Shown piece by piece: positions 52,589 through 62,399 of a stretch of 64,000 nucleotides of DNA. The first letter of the stretch is position 1, and each line of letters starts with the position of its first letter. The stretch spans positions 16,077 to 80,076 of the forward strand of contig LUKI01000002.1 in the NCBI GenBank assembly GCA_001593685.1, read 5' to 3'. Source of the DNA: Gammaproteobacteria bacterium F7. Its GTDB lineage: Bacteria > Pseudomonadota > Gammaproteobacteria > Pseudomonadales > IMCC2047. A program made the translations under genes and the position numbers. The notes under the pieces are model-generated. The model was given only the letters and a program-made list of their open reading frames with translations, was not told the origin of the DNA and ran no database searches.

Positions 52589-53743
52589 TTAATTTACTAG
52601 TAATCCGTCATAAACACTTTGGTACTCATTAACCATGTGTTGCAGGCTAAATGCTTGCTCTGCTCGCTGCCTGCCAGCCAGCGCATGTTTTTTCAATAAC
52701 GCATCGTCATCAAGGTATTTCATCAACCTATCTGTCAGCTCAGGCACCGAATCACTCTGAATAATAAAGCCCGTTTCCGCATCAACAACCAGTTGCGCAT
52801 TGCCTCCAACATCCGTGGCAATAACTGGTAAGCCTGTGGCCATAGCTTCTAAAATAGTATTAGAAATACCTTCGGCCTTGGAGGGTAAAACAAACACATC
52901 CATCACCGTCATTAACTCCGGCACATCATTTCTTGAGCCGGTCATCCACACAAGTTCTTCAATGCCCGCTTCTTTAACACGCTGTTCAATGGCGCTTCGC
53001 ATGGACCCATCACCAACCAATACCAAACGCGCCCGTTGCTTAAACTCGGGAAAGCTCGTTATAAGATTTGCAAAGCCTTCGACCAGCAACAATTGGTTTT
53101 TTACTGTCTCTAATCGACCAACCGTTCCAATCAGAACACCACCAGCAGGTAAAAAACCCTCCGGCAATATTGTCGATGCAGGGAAGGCGGAAGGCCTAAA
53201 GCGTTCAGTATCAACACCATTACAAATTTTGTGACTTTTTGGGTGTTTAACTGACACCTGGTCGATGAGAAAAAGTTCAAGCTCATCCGACAGCGGTACA
53301 TAAAGCTGCACCAAATAATCCATTAGCTTATAAAGCTTTAAATGCCTGCTATTTACTGCGTTATCAGCGCTGGTATCCCACCCGTGCAGCCCATGAACTC
53401 GATGCTTTACACCAGCCAGCCAAGCCGGTAACTGCGCCTCAAGCGCGGCAAGGTTACGAGTATGCAAAATATCCGGACGTAACCGTCTAAAAATTTTAAA
53501 CAACCGCCAGTACATGCCAAGATCGTTACCCGGTTTTTTGTGCAACGCAATTAACTCAACATCCGGCTTAATTTTTTTATGAAAATCGGTGAAGTCTGCC
53601 AGGCAAATAATGACATGGCGGTACTGCCCTTCCGGCAACCCGTTAATGATATTAACCAAGCCATTTTCCAGGCCGCCCACATCGAGCCGATAAATAACAT
53701 GGGCGATCAAGGGTGATTTATTATGCACCGTTAAACTCGACAT
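52589..53743 (-). CDS. Sugar transferase, PEP-CTERM/EpsH1 system-associated (GT4-like)
   Basis: HVIYRLDVGGLENG N-terminus and the EX7E region PSKAEGISNTILEAMATGLPVIATDVGG. Start placed at ATG 53743, just after the xrtA stop; the ORF-track start at 53773 would overlap xrtA by 20 nt. Confidence 0.8.
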   Translation of the reverse strand: MSSLTVHNKSPLIAHVIYRLDVGGLENGLVNIINGLPEGQYRHVIICLADFTDFHKKIKPDVELIALHKKPGNDLGMYWRLFKIFRRLRPDILHTRNLAALEAQLPAWLAGVKHRVHGLHGWDTSADNAVNSRHLKLYKLMDYLVQLYVPLSDELELFLIDQVSVKHPKSHKICNGVDTERFRPSAFPASTILPEGFLPAGGVLIGTVGRLETVKNQLLLVEGFANLITSFPEFKQRARLVLVGDGSMRSAIEQRVKEAGIEELVWMTGSRNDVPELMTVMDVFVLPSKAEGISNTILEAMATGLPVIATDVGGNAQLVVDAETGFIIQSDSVPELTDRLMKYLDDDALLKKHALAGRQRAEQAFSLQHMVNEYQSVYDGLLVN

Positions 53744-53753
53744 ACTCAAAGCA

Positions 53754-55301
53754 CTATTGCAATGCGCGCTCAAGCTCAGGTATCAGCTGGTTAGCCACGG
53801 CTATAAGCTCATCCACTGCTTGGGCTTTGCTATCTTGAGTAAAGTCATCCAACTCAACATAGAGACTGATTGCCGCCCCATGGCGCGGCTGACCAGTGAG
53901 TTTGGCCCATCCCTCTAAGGCTTTCAAATAAAAGTCATTATCTGTGTGGGTGCCATTGAAATACTTCCAGTTCCAAACCAGCAAAGACTGCCGGGATGAT
54001 TTCATCTGTATTTCCTTTAAGCCAATATCAGTCGAAGCAAGTGTTATATGACGAGACTGCCTAGAAATGTCCTTCCAGCGAATACCATTCGGACCACCAG
54101 CGATCAGCCTGTGACTACTATTCACCAACTCGGCTCCCTGCTGTTGGTTGGCAAAGAAAGCGATATGAACCCCCGCCACCTGATCTTGTTGGCGATAAGT
54201 GGCGGTTATTATTTGCGACGCTCCACGATACTCCGGCTGCCACGTGCTCAACGCATGTTCCTGCTGCTGCCAATCACCAACGATAGCCGGCAGGTGAATC
54301 GTTTTTTCAGGGTTCAGTTCACTACTGTTTATTTTCTGCAGCAATAGAATCGGCGCCAACAATACAAGAGCCGCACAAAAAGCGACAACGCCCACACGTT
54401 TAGCGTTAACTGCTTGTCCTGTTAACGGACTTGCCTGCGGGGTCTCGGACACAGGTGATTTTTGTTGCCAGAAGCTGCCAATCCAGAACATCACAAACAT
54501 CACGATACCAAACCACACCCAGCCATAGATCAGGTGATCAACGCCCACAGCCAACTCCATACCGCTAAAATGGCCAATCATGACGATCATAAACGCACGC
54601 AAGCCATTAGCGGCAATTGGCACAAGCAGCGCTAACAACATAAAAGCGGCCCGGCGCCAGAAGCTGTGGTATGTCAGGTAAGCAAACAAAGCACCTAGCG
54701 TCAAAGAGGCCAGAATATAGCGAAAACCGCTACAGGCTTCGACTACCGACCATGAACCGCTAGGCAGGCTAAAGTACATGCCTTCCCAGAATACGGGAAT
54801 CCCCATCATTCTGACGGCATTAACGGTAAATACCGCGGTAAACTCCATCAAAGGGTAAACAAGGAACTCTCCAAAGGGCACAGCAAATAATAAAAAGGCC
54901 AGCGGAAACGCAATAACAGCGGTGAATTTAAAGCCCTGCACCAACCACACCAAAAGAGGCAACATCAATACCGCAGCAAACTGCTCGACCACTAAGACAT
55001 CGACGGTCTTGGCAACCAGCCAAAGCAAACAAACACCCAGCAATGGCAAAAATGACCATACATCCGGACGACCAGGCGTTGCTGCCAACAACTGTCGCTT
55101 TTTCCAGATTAGATAAGCGCTGATAGGCACAATAAAAAAGCCATGGGCAAAAGTTTCCGAGCGCCACCAGATGTCGACCATACTTTGGTAGGTTGGAAAA
55201 TAAAGGCTCAATTGTAGAACCAACAGGCCAGCTAACCATGTCAGTGGACTGCGCAAGAAGCCCACCTTACTCTTTTGCTCCGCCATTAGTGTTTCACTCA
55301 C
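53754..55301 (-). CDS. xrtA: Exosortase A (XrtA) fused to a C-terminal EpsI-family domain
   Basis: 8 TM helices with exosortase motifs: catalytic Cys in VVEACSGFRY (Cys190, nt 54732-54734), the ANGLRAF Arg, and GHFSG...HLIYGWVWF His. About 200 aa of periplasmic EpsI-like C-terminus. The GTG start overlaps the upstream stop (GTGA). Confidence 0.88.
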   Translation of the reverse strand: MSETLMAEQKSKVGFLRSPLTWLAGLLVLQLSLYFPTYQSMVDIWWRSETFAHGFFIVPISAYLIWKKRQLLAATPGRPDVWSFLPLLGVCLLWLVAKTVDVLVVEQFAAVLMLPLLVWLVQGFKFTAVIAFPLAFLLFAVPFGEFLVYPLMEFTAVFTVNAVRMMGIPVFWEGMYFSLPSGSWSVVEACSGFRYILASLTLGALFAYLTYHSFWRRAAFMLLALLVPIAANGLRAFMIVMIGHFSGMELAVGVDHLIYGWVWFGIVMFVMFWIGSFWQQKSPVSETPQASPLTGQAVNAKRVGVVAFCAALVLLAPILLLQKINSSELNPEKTIHLPAIVGDWQQQEHALSTWQPEYRGASQIITATYRQQDQVAGVHIAFFANQQQGAELVNSSHRLIAGGPNGIRWKDISRQSRHITLASTDIGLKEIQMKSSRQSLLVWNWKYFNGTHTDNDFYLKALEGWAKLTGQPRHGAAISLYVELDDFTQDSKAQAVDELIAVANQLIPELERALQ

Positions 55302-56587
55302 AAAACAGCCTCTTGAGCCGTTGTCGAAAAACCGCCAATCTCTGACTTTTCTGTCGACTCGTTATCACCAAACAGCTGTTCCAGTTTGAGCAGATTTTCA
55401 TCCCAGCTGAAGTCCTTTAATACCCGTTCACGTCCAGCAATCCCCGTCTTATCAAGGTCACCCTGCTGCAATAGTTGTAAACAATAATTAAAAAAGCTAT
55501 CGGCATCGTCACAAATTTTCTGACCTGGCACCTTTTCAATCCCCTCCATGGCAGCGCTGGTCACAACCACTGGTCTCTCCATTGCCATCGCTTCAAGTAC
55601 TTTATTTTGCACACCGCGAGCGATTCTCATAGGAGCGACAATAACATCAGCACACACTATGTAGGGCCTTATATCTTCGACTGAACCGGTCACTTCAATG
55701 CCTGCTCTGTTAGCCAGTTTCAGTACGGCATCGGTTGGCCGAGCGCCTACAATGTAAAAGCGGGCTTCAGGTAGTTGCTGCTGAATACGCGGAAATACCT
55801 GCTGGGCAAACCAGGTCACTGCATCGACATTTGCCCAATAATCCATCGCCCCTGTAAACGCTAAAACAGGCACTTCGGGATACGGGCTTTTATGTGACTC
55901 GACCGGGTCAAAATAGTGATAATCAACCCCGTTATTGATGTAGGTAATTCGTTGTTTAGATTCCGGAGCCAGCTGCTGAAAAAGGGACGCCTCACTGGCA
56001 GACACAAACACACTGGCGTCAAAACGAGTCGCCAGTTTTCGATCATAGTCTAATAATTCACGTGATTCACGGCGATACAGCCAGCTCATCGGCCAAATAC
56101 GGCGTTCACTGTATTCCCGCCATTTCTCTGAATCGACGTCGACAAAATCAATCACTCGGTGCAGCTGCTGGTACTGTTCATTCTGGACATACTGAGCCAT
56201 CGCCGAGGAGTAAACAAACACGCGTTGCAGCTGCTGTTTGTTAATGGTTTGATCAACCCAATGCTGCATTCGTGATTGCCGATAATAGGGCACACTCAGA
56301 GCTTCACCAGTCAACAGCCCCTTTAATGAAACATATTTACGTCGACTATTGAGTTCGAGTAGAAAGACTTCTGCACAGTACTCATCCAGCTCGCTTTGAT
56401 ATTTCCAATCCTGAGGATCATCCACGAAAGCACCCAGATAAACGCGATAATCCTTCGCCAGCGCTTTTAATAAATTAAAGGAACGGATTTTATCGCCTTT
56501 ATTCGGCGGATAAGGAATACGGTGCGCTAAAAATAATAACGGGGGTTTTTCCATCGTCTTTTGATCTTTTACCAGCTTGAGGCTCAT
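55298..56587 (-). CDS. Sugar transferase, PEP-CTERM/EpsH1 system-associated (GT-B)
   Basis: PLLFLAHRIPYPPNKGDKIRSFN N-terminus is characteristic of the family recalled as TIGR03087. The C-terminal motif is RGVQNKVLEAMAMERPVV. Confidence 0.8.
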   Translation of the reverse strand: MSLKLVKDQKTMEKPPLLFLAHRIPYPPNKGDKIRSFNLLKALAKDYRVYLGAFVDDPQDWKYQSELDEYCAEVFLLELNSRRKYVSLKGLLTGEALSVPYYRQSRMQHWVDQTINKQQLQRVFVYSSAMAQYVQNEQYQQLHRVIDFVDVDSEKWREYSERRIWPMSWLYRRESRELLDYDRKLATRFDASVFVSASEASLFQQLAPESKQRITYINNGVDYHYFDPVESHKSPYPEVPVLAFTGAMDYWANVDAVTWFAQQVFPRIQQQLPEARFYIVGARPTDAVLKLANRAGIEVTGSVEDIRPYIVCADVIVAPMRIARGVQNKVLEAMAMERPVVVTSAAMEGIEKVPGQKICDDADSFFNYCLQLLQQGDLDKTGIAGRERVLKDFSWDENLLKLEQLFGDNESTEKSEIGGFSTTAQEAVL

Positions 56588-56613
56588 CCTTGATTCCTAG
56601 TTAGCCACATTTT

Positions 56614-57648
56614 TTAGCCCAGATACTTGGATAAAAAAGGCCCTAAAAACTGGCTCAGTTTTAGCGGTAGCTTTTTCCAACACTTAATCATCAATGCATA
56701 CTTGGGATTGGTCGGGTTTAGCTCCGGCATTGCCTGTGCTTTTACTAAATAATACTCATAGTGTAATAGCTGCGGCTCAAAACCCCAGTTTTTCTTAAAG
56801 TTATAGGGACCTGTACCCGCCTTGCTACGCCCAAAATCGAAAACTCGACAACCACGTTCATTGGCACGGCACATTAACTGCCAATACATAAAGTCATTGC
56901 CTTTGAGTGTTCGAGCCAGCACCGAGCCACCACCGTAATAGGGCAGCACCTGATCACGAAAATAAAAACTCATCACACTGGAAACCATCTGACCGTCTTT
57001 TCGAATACTCAGGACATCGCACTGCCCCTTAAAAACGTCACGTAAAATTTTAAAATATTTTTTCGAAAAGACAGGGGTTCCCAAGTTTCTGACACTGGTC
57101 GAGTAGGCATCAAAAAATGGCTCAATTTGCTCATCAAAGGTCGCATCAAGGCCAAGCGTTAAGGACTTTCGAACCACGGCGCGCTGTTTGCGGGGAATTG
57201 CCTTCAGGTTTTCATCTTCATTGTCACTGATTTCCCGCCGAAAGGTGTAATACAGTTCCTTGCAGGGCCAGTCTTCACGCAAACGCTTCTGGTTACGCAG
57301 TTCCAAGTGATCTACCTGCAACTCATCGGCAAGCTGACAAGCTCGCTCAATCAGCTGCTGGAGAATGTCGTCAGTATCCGCTACCGGGCCACCATACACA
57401 CAAAAAGGCGTCGAAATAAGCGAATGTCCAAACAATACACTTTTCACTTCCGCAAGCGGCAAAATGCCGACAATCTGTCCATCCTGCTCCGCGTACAAGT
57501 AATGGGAGCGATGCCCAAAGGCCCGTTTTAACACCTGTTGCCAATCGGCCTTATGGAAGAAAGTAGCATTCGCTGCCGTTTCAACATAAGCATCCCAACG
57601 GCTATTATCGGTCGCTTGCAGCGGCTTGATTTTAATATCGGTTGTCAC
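56614..57648 (-). CDS. FemAB-related protein, PEP-CTERM system-associated
   Basis: 344 aa with two GNAT-like halves (FFHKADW..., ...YYGGGS...ND..YW....A...G...FDFGRS). Family recalled as TIGR03019. Confidence 0.75.
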   Translation of the reverse strand: MTTDIKIKPLQATDNSRWDAYVETAANATFFHKADWQQVLKRAFGHRSHYLYAEQDGQIVGILPLAEVKSVLFGHSLISTPFCVYGGPVADTDDILQQLIERACQLADELQVDHLELRNQKRLREDWPCKELYYTFRREISDNEDENLKAIPRKQRAVVRKSLTLGLDATFDEQIEPFFDAYSTSVRNLGTPVFSKKYFKILRDVFKGQCDVLSIRKDGQMVSSVMSFYFRDQVLPYYGGGSVLARTLKGNDFMYWQLMCRANERGCRVFDFGRSKAGTGPYNFKKNWGFEPQLLHYEYYLVKAQAMPELNPTNPKYALMIKCWKKLPLKLSQFLGPFLSKYLG

Positions 57649-57672
57649 AATTAATGGTCAGAAAAGTAAAGT

Positions 57673-58512
57673 CTAAAGGTGCGACGTATCAGCCAAGTAA
57701 ATATCATCCATACGCCCCCAGTTAAAATCCTCTAACAGGCGCGTAATACGCTTTTCCATACGGGACAGGTTCAAGTAATGCCTGAAGGTCGACTTAAAAC
57801 CTGCCCCCTTTTGTCGCGGCTGGTCAGGATCGATTTCCCAGGGGTGGAAATAAAAAATAGCCGGGCGCTTTTCATTTTCATTAATGGAGCTAAACGCCCA
57901 CTTTGAAAATTTATAGGGATAGAGCCTAAAGTAACCACCGCCGCCTACCGGCACATTGTGTTTACCCACAGGTAGTGTCGTGATTGGAATTTCAAACAGC
58001 TGTTCACGACAGCGAAAAATATGGCGTGGCGCCTCCGGAAAACCATATAAATCATGATGTACCGGGTAAACGCTGGAGCTATAAAGATAGCCCGCTGCTT
58101 CCACCTCTTCGTGAGCCCATAGGTTGGCCTTGCCAATCGAATAACTGGGTGCGCGGTAGCCTTTTACTTCGTGCCCTGAAAGATCTTCTAACAGCTTTTT
58201 AGCATCTTCGATATCCTGGCGAAATTCCTGCCGTGATTGCTGTGTTGCGCGACGATGCGACGTACCGTGACTGGCCAGCTCATGGCCTTCATCACAAATA
58301 CGTTTGACCAATTCAGGATAACGCTTAGCCACCCACCCCAAGGTAAAAAAAGTCGCCTTGGTATTATGTTTGGCAAACAAGTCCAGAATACGATTGGTGT
58401 TTAGATCCACCCGCACTGGCATATTATCCCAGTTGTTACGGCTGATATGATCTTCAAAAGCGGAGACCTGAAAATAGTCCTCCACGTCCACCGTCATGGC
58501 ATTTGTGATCAA
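57673..58512 (-). CDS. Polysaccharide deacetylase, PEP-CTERM locus subfamily (CE4)
   Basis: MTVDVEDYFQV, ATFFTLGWVA, HELASHG and RAPSYS motifs. Family recalled as TIGR03006. Confidence 0.85.
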   Translation of the reverse strand: MITNAMTVDVEDYFQVSAFEDHISRNNWDNMPVRVDLNTNRILDLFAKHNTKATFFTLGWVAKRYPELVKRICDEGHELASHGTSHRRATQQSRQEFRQDIEDAKKLLEDLSGHEVKGYRAPSYSIGKANLWAHEEVEAAGYLYSSSVYPVHHDLYGFPEAPRHIFRCREQLFEIPITTLPVGKHNVPVGGGGYFRLYPYKFSKWAFSSINENEKRPAIFYFHPWEIDPDQPRQKGAGFKSTFRHYLNLSRMEKRITRLLEDFNWGRMDDIYLADTSHL

Positions 58513-58529
58513 AGTAATATCCCGATTAT

Positions 58530-59663
58530 TTACGCGTTTGACCGTTCCGAAAACCAGCTAGCCAGGTGGTGAGCAATACGAACTGCTGCCTGCCCATCCC
58601 ACAGCTCCGGCTGACGACCCGCTTTACCGCCCTGTTGAAGCACAACATTGGCTTCCCTAAGGATAGCAGCAGAATCGGTTCCGACAATGGTATTGGTACC
58701 TTGATCAACGGTAATTGGCCGTTCGGTGTTTTCACGTAAAGTAATGCAAGGTACGCCCAACGCGGTTGTTTCCTCCTGAATACCACCGGAGTCAGTCAGC
58801 ACCATACGGGCATTAGCCATCACACCAAGCATTTCCATATAGCCTAGTGGCCCCAGGCAATGGATATTGGCTGATTTAAGTTTCTCCTCGAGACCAAACT
58901 CCTGAATACGCTGACGCGTACGTGGATGAACCGGAAAAACTATGGGTATGCTGTTGCTGACTTCAGCCAACGTATCAAGTAGACGAGTTAACACCAGCTG
59001 CTCATCAACATTTGATGGGCGGTGCATCGTTAACAACGCATAGCCCTCTTTGCTCGCTAGAACCGTTTCAGGGTTATCGAGATCAGCCAGCGTTTCAGCA
59101 ACTGGCGTTGCGCGCTCAACATGCTTTTTCAGGGTATCAATCATCACGTTGCCAACAAAATGTACCCGCGACAAGTCGACGCCTTCACGCTGCAAATTAT
59201 CCGCTGCAGTACGCTCAGTGGTATACAGCAAGTCGGATATCTGGTCAGTCAAAACCCGGTTAATTTCCTCTGGCATCTCCCGGTCACCACTGCGTAACCC
59301 TGATTCCACGTGAATAACCGGCACATGATTTTTCACTGCCACCAAGGCACAGGCGATGGTGGAGTTCACATCACCAACAACCAGAACCGCATCGGCCTGA
59401 AAATCGATCATGACCGGTTCAAAACGCTTCATAATCTCTGCTGTTTGCACACTATGACTTCCCGAGCCAACACCTAAATCAATATCCGGCTCAGGAATAC
59501 CTAGTTGCACAAAAAACTGATGCTTCATGGCCTCATCATAATGTTGTCCGGTATGTACCAACTTAACATCAATTTCCGGCGATTCGGCTTTTAACGCCGC
59601 CATGATCGGAGCCATCTTCATAAAATTTGGGCGTGCGCCCACAATACAAATTAGTCGATACAT
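58530..59663 (-). CDS. wecB: UDP-N-acetylglucosamine 2-epimerase (non-hydrolysing)
   Basis: VGARPNFMKMAPI, VHTGQHYD, VGDVNST, HVESGLRS and DSGGIQEE motifs. Confidence 0.9.
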   Translation of the reverse strand: MYRLICIVGARPNFMKMAPIMAALKAESPEIDVKLVHTGQHYDEAMKHQFFVQLGIPEPDIDLGVGSGSHSVQTAEIMKRFEPVMIDFQADAVLVVGDVNSTIACALVAVKNHVPVIHVESGLRSGDREMPEEINRVLTDQISDLLYTTERTAADNLQREGVDLSRVHFVGNVMIDTLKKHVERATPVAETLADLDNPETVLASKEGYALLTMHRPSNVDEQLVLTRLLDTLAEVSNSIPIVFPVHPRTRQRIQEFGLEEKLKSANIHCLGPLGYMEMLGVMANARMVLTDSGGIQEETTALGVPCITLRENTERPITVDQGTNTIVGTDSAAILREANVVLQQGGKAGRQPELWDGQAAVRIAHHLASWFSERSNA

Positions 59664-59688
59664 AATTTACTCAATCAAAAGTCAGGTA

Positions 59689-60699
59689 TTATTTTTTCAG
59701 ACGCTCAATGACTTGCTTCAAATGGCCAATCTTTTCATCAAAACCGCGCTCAAGCGACTGCACAGCCATTTCCAAACGCTCAAGCTGGCAATCACTGATA
59801 GGCGTATCAGCTGAACTGGAGGTTGATGCTGCTGCGCTCTCAGCCTTCTGCTCAGTTTGCAATGCAGTCACAGGCTTGGAAGGCACAGACACTTCCGCAG
59901 CTAACTCATCAGCAACCTTATTAATCACCTCAGGCTTGAAGACAAACAACTCTTCCAGATAGCCAAATAACAATAGGCGATCACAAAAAACATTAATGCG
60001 GCGAGGCACCCCGTTGGTAAAGTTATGAATCAGCTCAAAGGCGATATCCGTGATAACGGGACGAGATGACCAGCCCACCTCTTTGAGGCGGTGCTCAATG
60101 TAGAGACGAGTCTCTTTTTTATCTAAGGGTGACAAATGGCATGAAGCAATAATACGCTGGCGTAATTGCTCCATTCCCGGCGAGTTGATCGTTTGGCGGA
60201 ACTCTTCCTGGCCAAGCAAAAAGCTCTGGATCAAAGAACGCTTATCGGTCTGAAAATTTGACAGCATGCGTAACTCTTCAACGGTTTCTGCTGGCAAGTT
60301 TTGCGCCTCATCAACGACCAGCAGCACACGCTTATCTTGAAAGTCACATTTCTTCAGAAAGGTTTCAAACTGCTTCAGCAGTGATGCCTTGGAAAGGCCT
60401 TCATAGGGTAAACCAAAGGAAGACGACACCATCTTCAATAGTTCGTCTGGCTGCAATTTAGTTGTGACCAGTTGAGCCGCCACAATTTTCTGCTGATCCA
60501 GCTCCGCAAACAGGTTTCGCACCAGTGTTGTCTTACCGGTACCAATGCCACCGGTAATGACAATAAACCCTTCGCCTTGACTTAACCCATAGCGTAAATA
60601 AGACATCGCGCGTTTGTGTACGCTACTGTCAAAAAAGAAGCGGGGGTCAGGGCTTAACTGAAAGGGCTTAGTTGATAAATTGTAAAAAGCTTCATACAT
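59689..60699 (-). CDS. AAA-type secretion ATPase, PEP-CTERM locus subfamily (ExeA/EpsE-like)
   Basis: MYEAFYNL..KPF..SPDPRFFF N-terminus, Walker A GGIGTGKTT and Walker B LLVVDEAQNL. Family recalled as TIGR03015. Confidence 0.8.
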   Translation of the reverse strand: MYEAFYNLSTKPFQLSPDPRFFFDSSVHKRAMSYLRYGLSQGEGFIVITGGIGTGKTTLVRNLFAELDQQKIVAAQLVTTKLQPDELLKMVSSSFGLPYEGLSKASLLKQFETFLKKCDFQDKRVLLVVDEAQNLPAETVEELRMLSNFQTDKRSLIQSFLLGQEEFRQTINSPGMEQLRQRIIASCHLSPLDKKETRLYIEHRLKEVGWSSRPVITDIAFELIHNFTNGVPRRINVFCDRLLLFGYLEELFVFKPEVINKVADELAAEVSVPSKPVTALQTEQKAESAAASTSSSADTPISDCQLERLEMAVQSLERGFDEKIGHLKQVIERLKK

Positions 60700-60782
60700 A
60701 GGCGTTATTTATATCAACCGTCTTAAAGGTTATTGATGTCAAACCCACTAGGCAATCACCTAACGGGTCTACAGAAGATCAC

Positions 60783-62378
60783 TTAGAAAAACTTTTGGAA
60801 ACTCACCGTCAAACGGTTTTCATCATATTCACGACTTGCGACGTCGGAATCACGGTCATTTGCCTGAAATTCCACATAAAACACCGAGCTATCCGCAATT
60901 TGACGTGTGACCCGCCAGGCATAGCGCATAAAGTCATCTTCCTCGCTATTATCAAACTGCTCTTTGGTATGTCCAATTGTCAGCCGGGAATCAGTGCGCG
61001 CAGCAAGTTGATGGGTCCATGACACATCAACAGAGGAATCTTCTTCCGTATTATTATCGGCAACGAAGGTTCGCTTAGTATCGGTTAACGAAAAGGTGAC
61101 CGTGTTTTGTGCACCCACGATAGAAACCGATGCCCGTGCTGTTTCGTTGATAAAGGTATCATCAGAAATACTACCTCTAAATCTTGTCGGCCCACCAGTC
61201 AAAGTGCTTAGAGGAACTTCTCCTGGTTGAGCCACCTCGCCTGGCAATAAAATACGGCATTCTAAATATGAAACAGCAGTAGCTGGGCATACCGCAATCT
61301 CATCTATAAAAAGACTTCGGAAATCGGAAACTCCCTCGTTATAGGAAAGATTCCAACGCGTCCAACGCGTGCGATGGTTAATGCTGCCATTATAGGTTTT
61401 ACCAAAAAAACGACTGCCATAACCGAGACTGATGTCGGTTCTGGCCGTTGGTGCCCAGAATAGGTCACCGCTCAAGAAGTTTTCATCTTCATTGGGACGC
61501 GGGTCGAGGCGCTTGTTGTGGGCAATAGTAAAACTAAAATCCTGCGAAGGCGTCCATGTAACCCCGATCCCGGAAGTACTATCCTCAGGTTCGTTATCAC
61601 CCCGATTACCGGAAAACTCGTTATCCTCCTCAGTCCGAGAAACGAAAGCATTCAGGGTTCGAGTCAACTGATAGCCTAATCTTGCATTGGTTAGCTCAGT
61701 ATCCGACTTGCCACCATCATCATAACGAATTTGCTCGCTCTGGTGGCTAATAGTCCAATTAATACGGCCGGTTGCGGGGCCATTTTGCATATCAAAGGAT
61801 ACACCATTGCTGTCGCTATCATCTCCGCTTCCCACCGAGTCATCACTTGTAACCCTGTCAAAGGTATAGCGCAGCTCAAAATCAGCGACATCACCCAAAC
61901 GCTGTTGCCAATAGGGCGAAATCGAATAGGACGTCACATCACTTAAATTGCCTGACCCTGCAATTCCATCAGAAGAAGCACTCGCTCTGCGATCAGTCAG
62001 CTGTTGACTGATCGAGCTTCGTAGATCCAGAAAAAGCGTCTCCGCCAGCAGTTCAGAGTTAGCACTGGCTGATAATCGGTGATTAGAGCTATCAAGATCA
62101 CCATTATCCGCGTAGGTGAGATTTTGCAGATTATAATCCAGGTTAACCCTTAGTCGGCGGCCTTCTCGGCTAATACTAACCCCTGGCGAGACCTCTAACA
62201 CCAAGTCACTTTCACCATTAGCTTCCAACTCAATATTATCAGAGTAAATGGTCGCGACCTTCACCGTTGGTTCGACTTTCCAATCTTTCGCAAGCAAAGA
62301 GCTGGATAACAAACCTGGAATCAAGCTGATAAAAATGACTGAGGGTAGCTTTTTTAACTTACCATTTTTAATTGTCAT
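60783..62378 (-). CDS. PEP-CTERM system-associated outer-membrane beta-barrel protein
   Basis: Signal peptide, alternating beta-strand pattern rich in Asp/Ser/Asn loops, and a C-terminal ...LTVSFQKFF terminal Phe. Family recalled as TIGR03016. Confidence 0.7.
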   Translation of the reverse strand: MTIKNGKLKKLPSVIFISLIPGLLSSSLLAKDWKVEPTVKVATIYSDNIELEANGESDLVLEVSPGVSISREGRRLRVNLDYNLQNLTYADNGDLDSSNHRLSASANSELLAETLFLDLRSSISQQLTDRRASASSDGIAGSGNLSDVTSYSISPYWQQRLGDVADFELRYTFDRVTSDDSVGSGDDSDSNGVSFDMQNGPATGRINWTISHQSEQIRYDDGGKSDTELTNARLGYQLTRTLNAFVSRTEEDNEFSGNRGDNEPEDSTSGIGVTWTPSQDFSFTIAHNKRLDPRPNEDENFLSGDLFWAPTARTDISLGYGSRFFGKTYNGSINHRTRWTRWNLSYNEGVSDFRSLFIDEIAVCPATAVSYLECRILLPGEVAQPGEVPLSTLTGGPTRFRGSISDDTFINETARASVSIVGAQNTVTFSLTDTKRTFVADNNTEEDSSVDVSWTHQLAARTDSRLTIGHTKEQFDNSEEDDFMRYAWRVTRQIADSSVFYVEFQANDRDSDVASREYDENRLTVSFQKFF

Positions 62379-62399
62379 CGAGCCTGCTCCACAGCCATG

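Noticed and set aside
52800-53234. 144-aa plus-strand ORF; comparable antisense ORFs at 62734-63195, 20613-20987, 16965-17360, 4163-4525, 5252-5605 and 51553-51906
   Set aside because: Each is wholly contained in an opposite-strand gene that carries clear family motifs (GT4, BY-kinase, decarboxylase, lyase-like, AraC, YigZ, AsnB). The translations are low-complexity and have no recognisable domains.
58526-58786. 86-aa ORF overlapping the 3' end of wecB on the same strand in another frame
   Set aside because: wecB motifs occupy the competing frame through this region. There is no independent start context.
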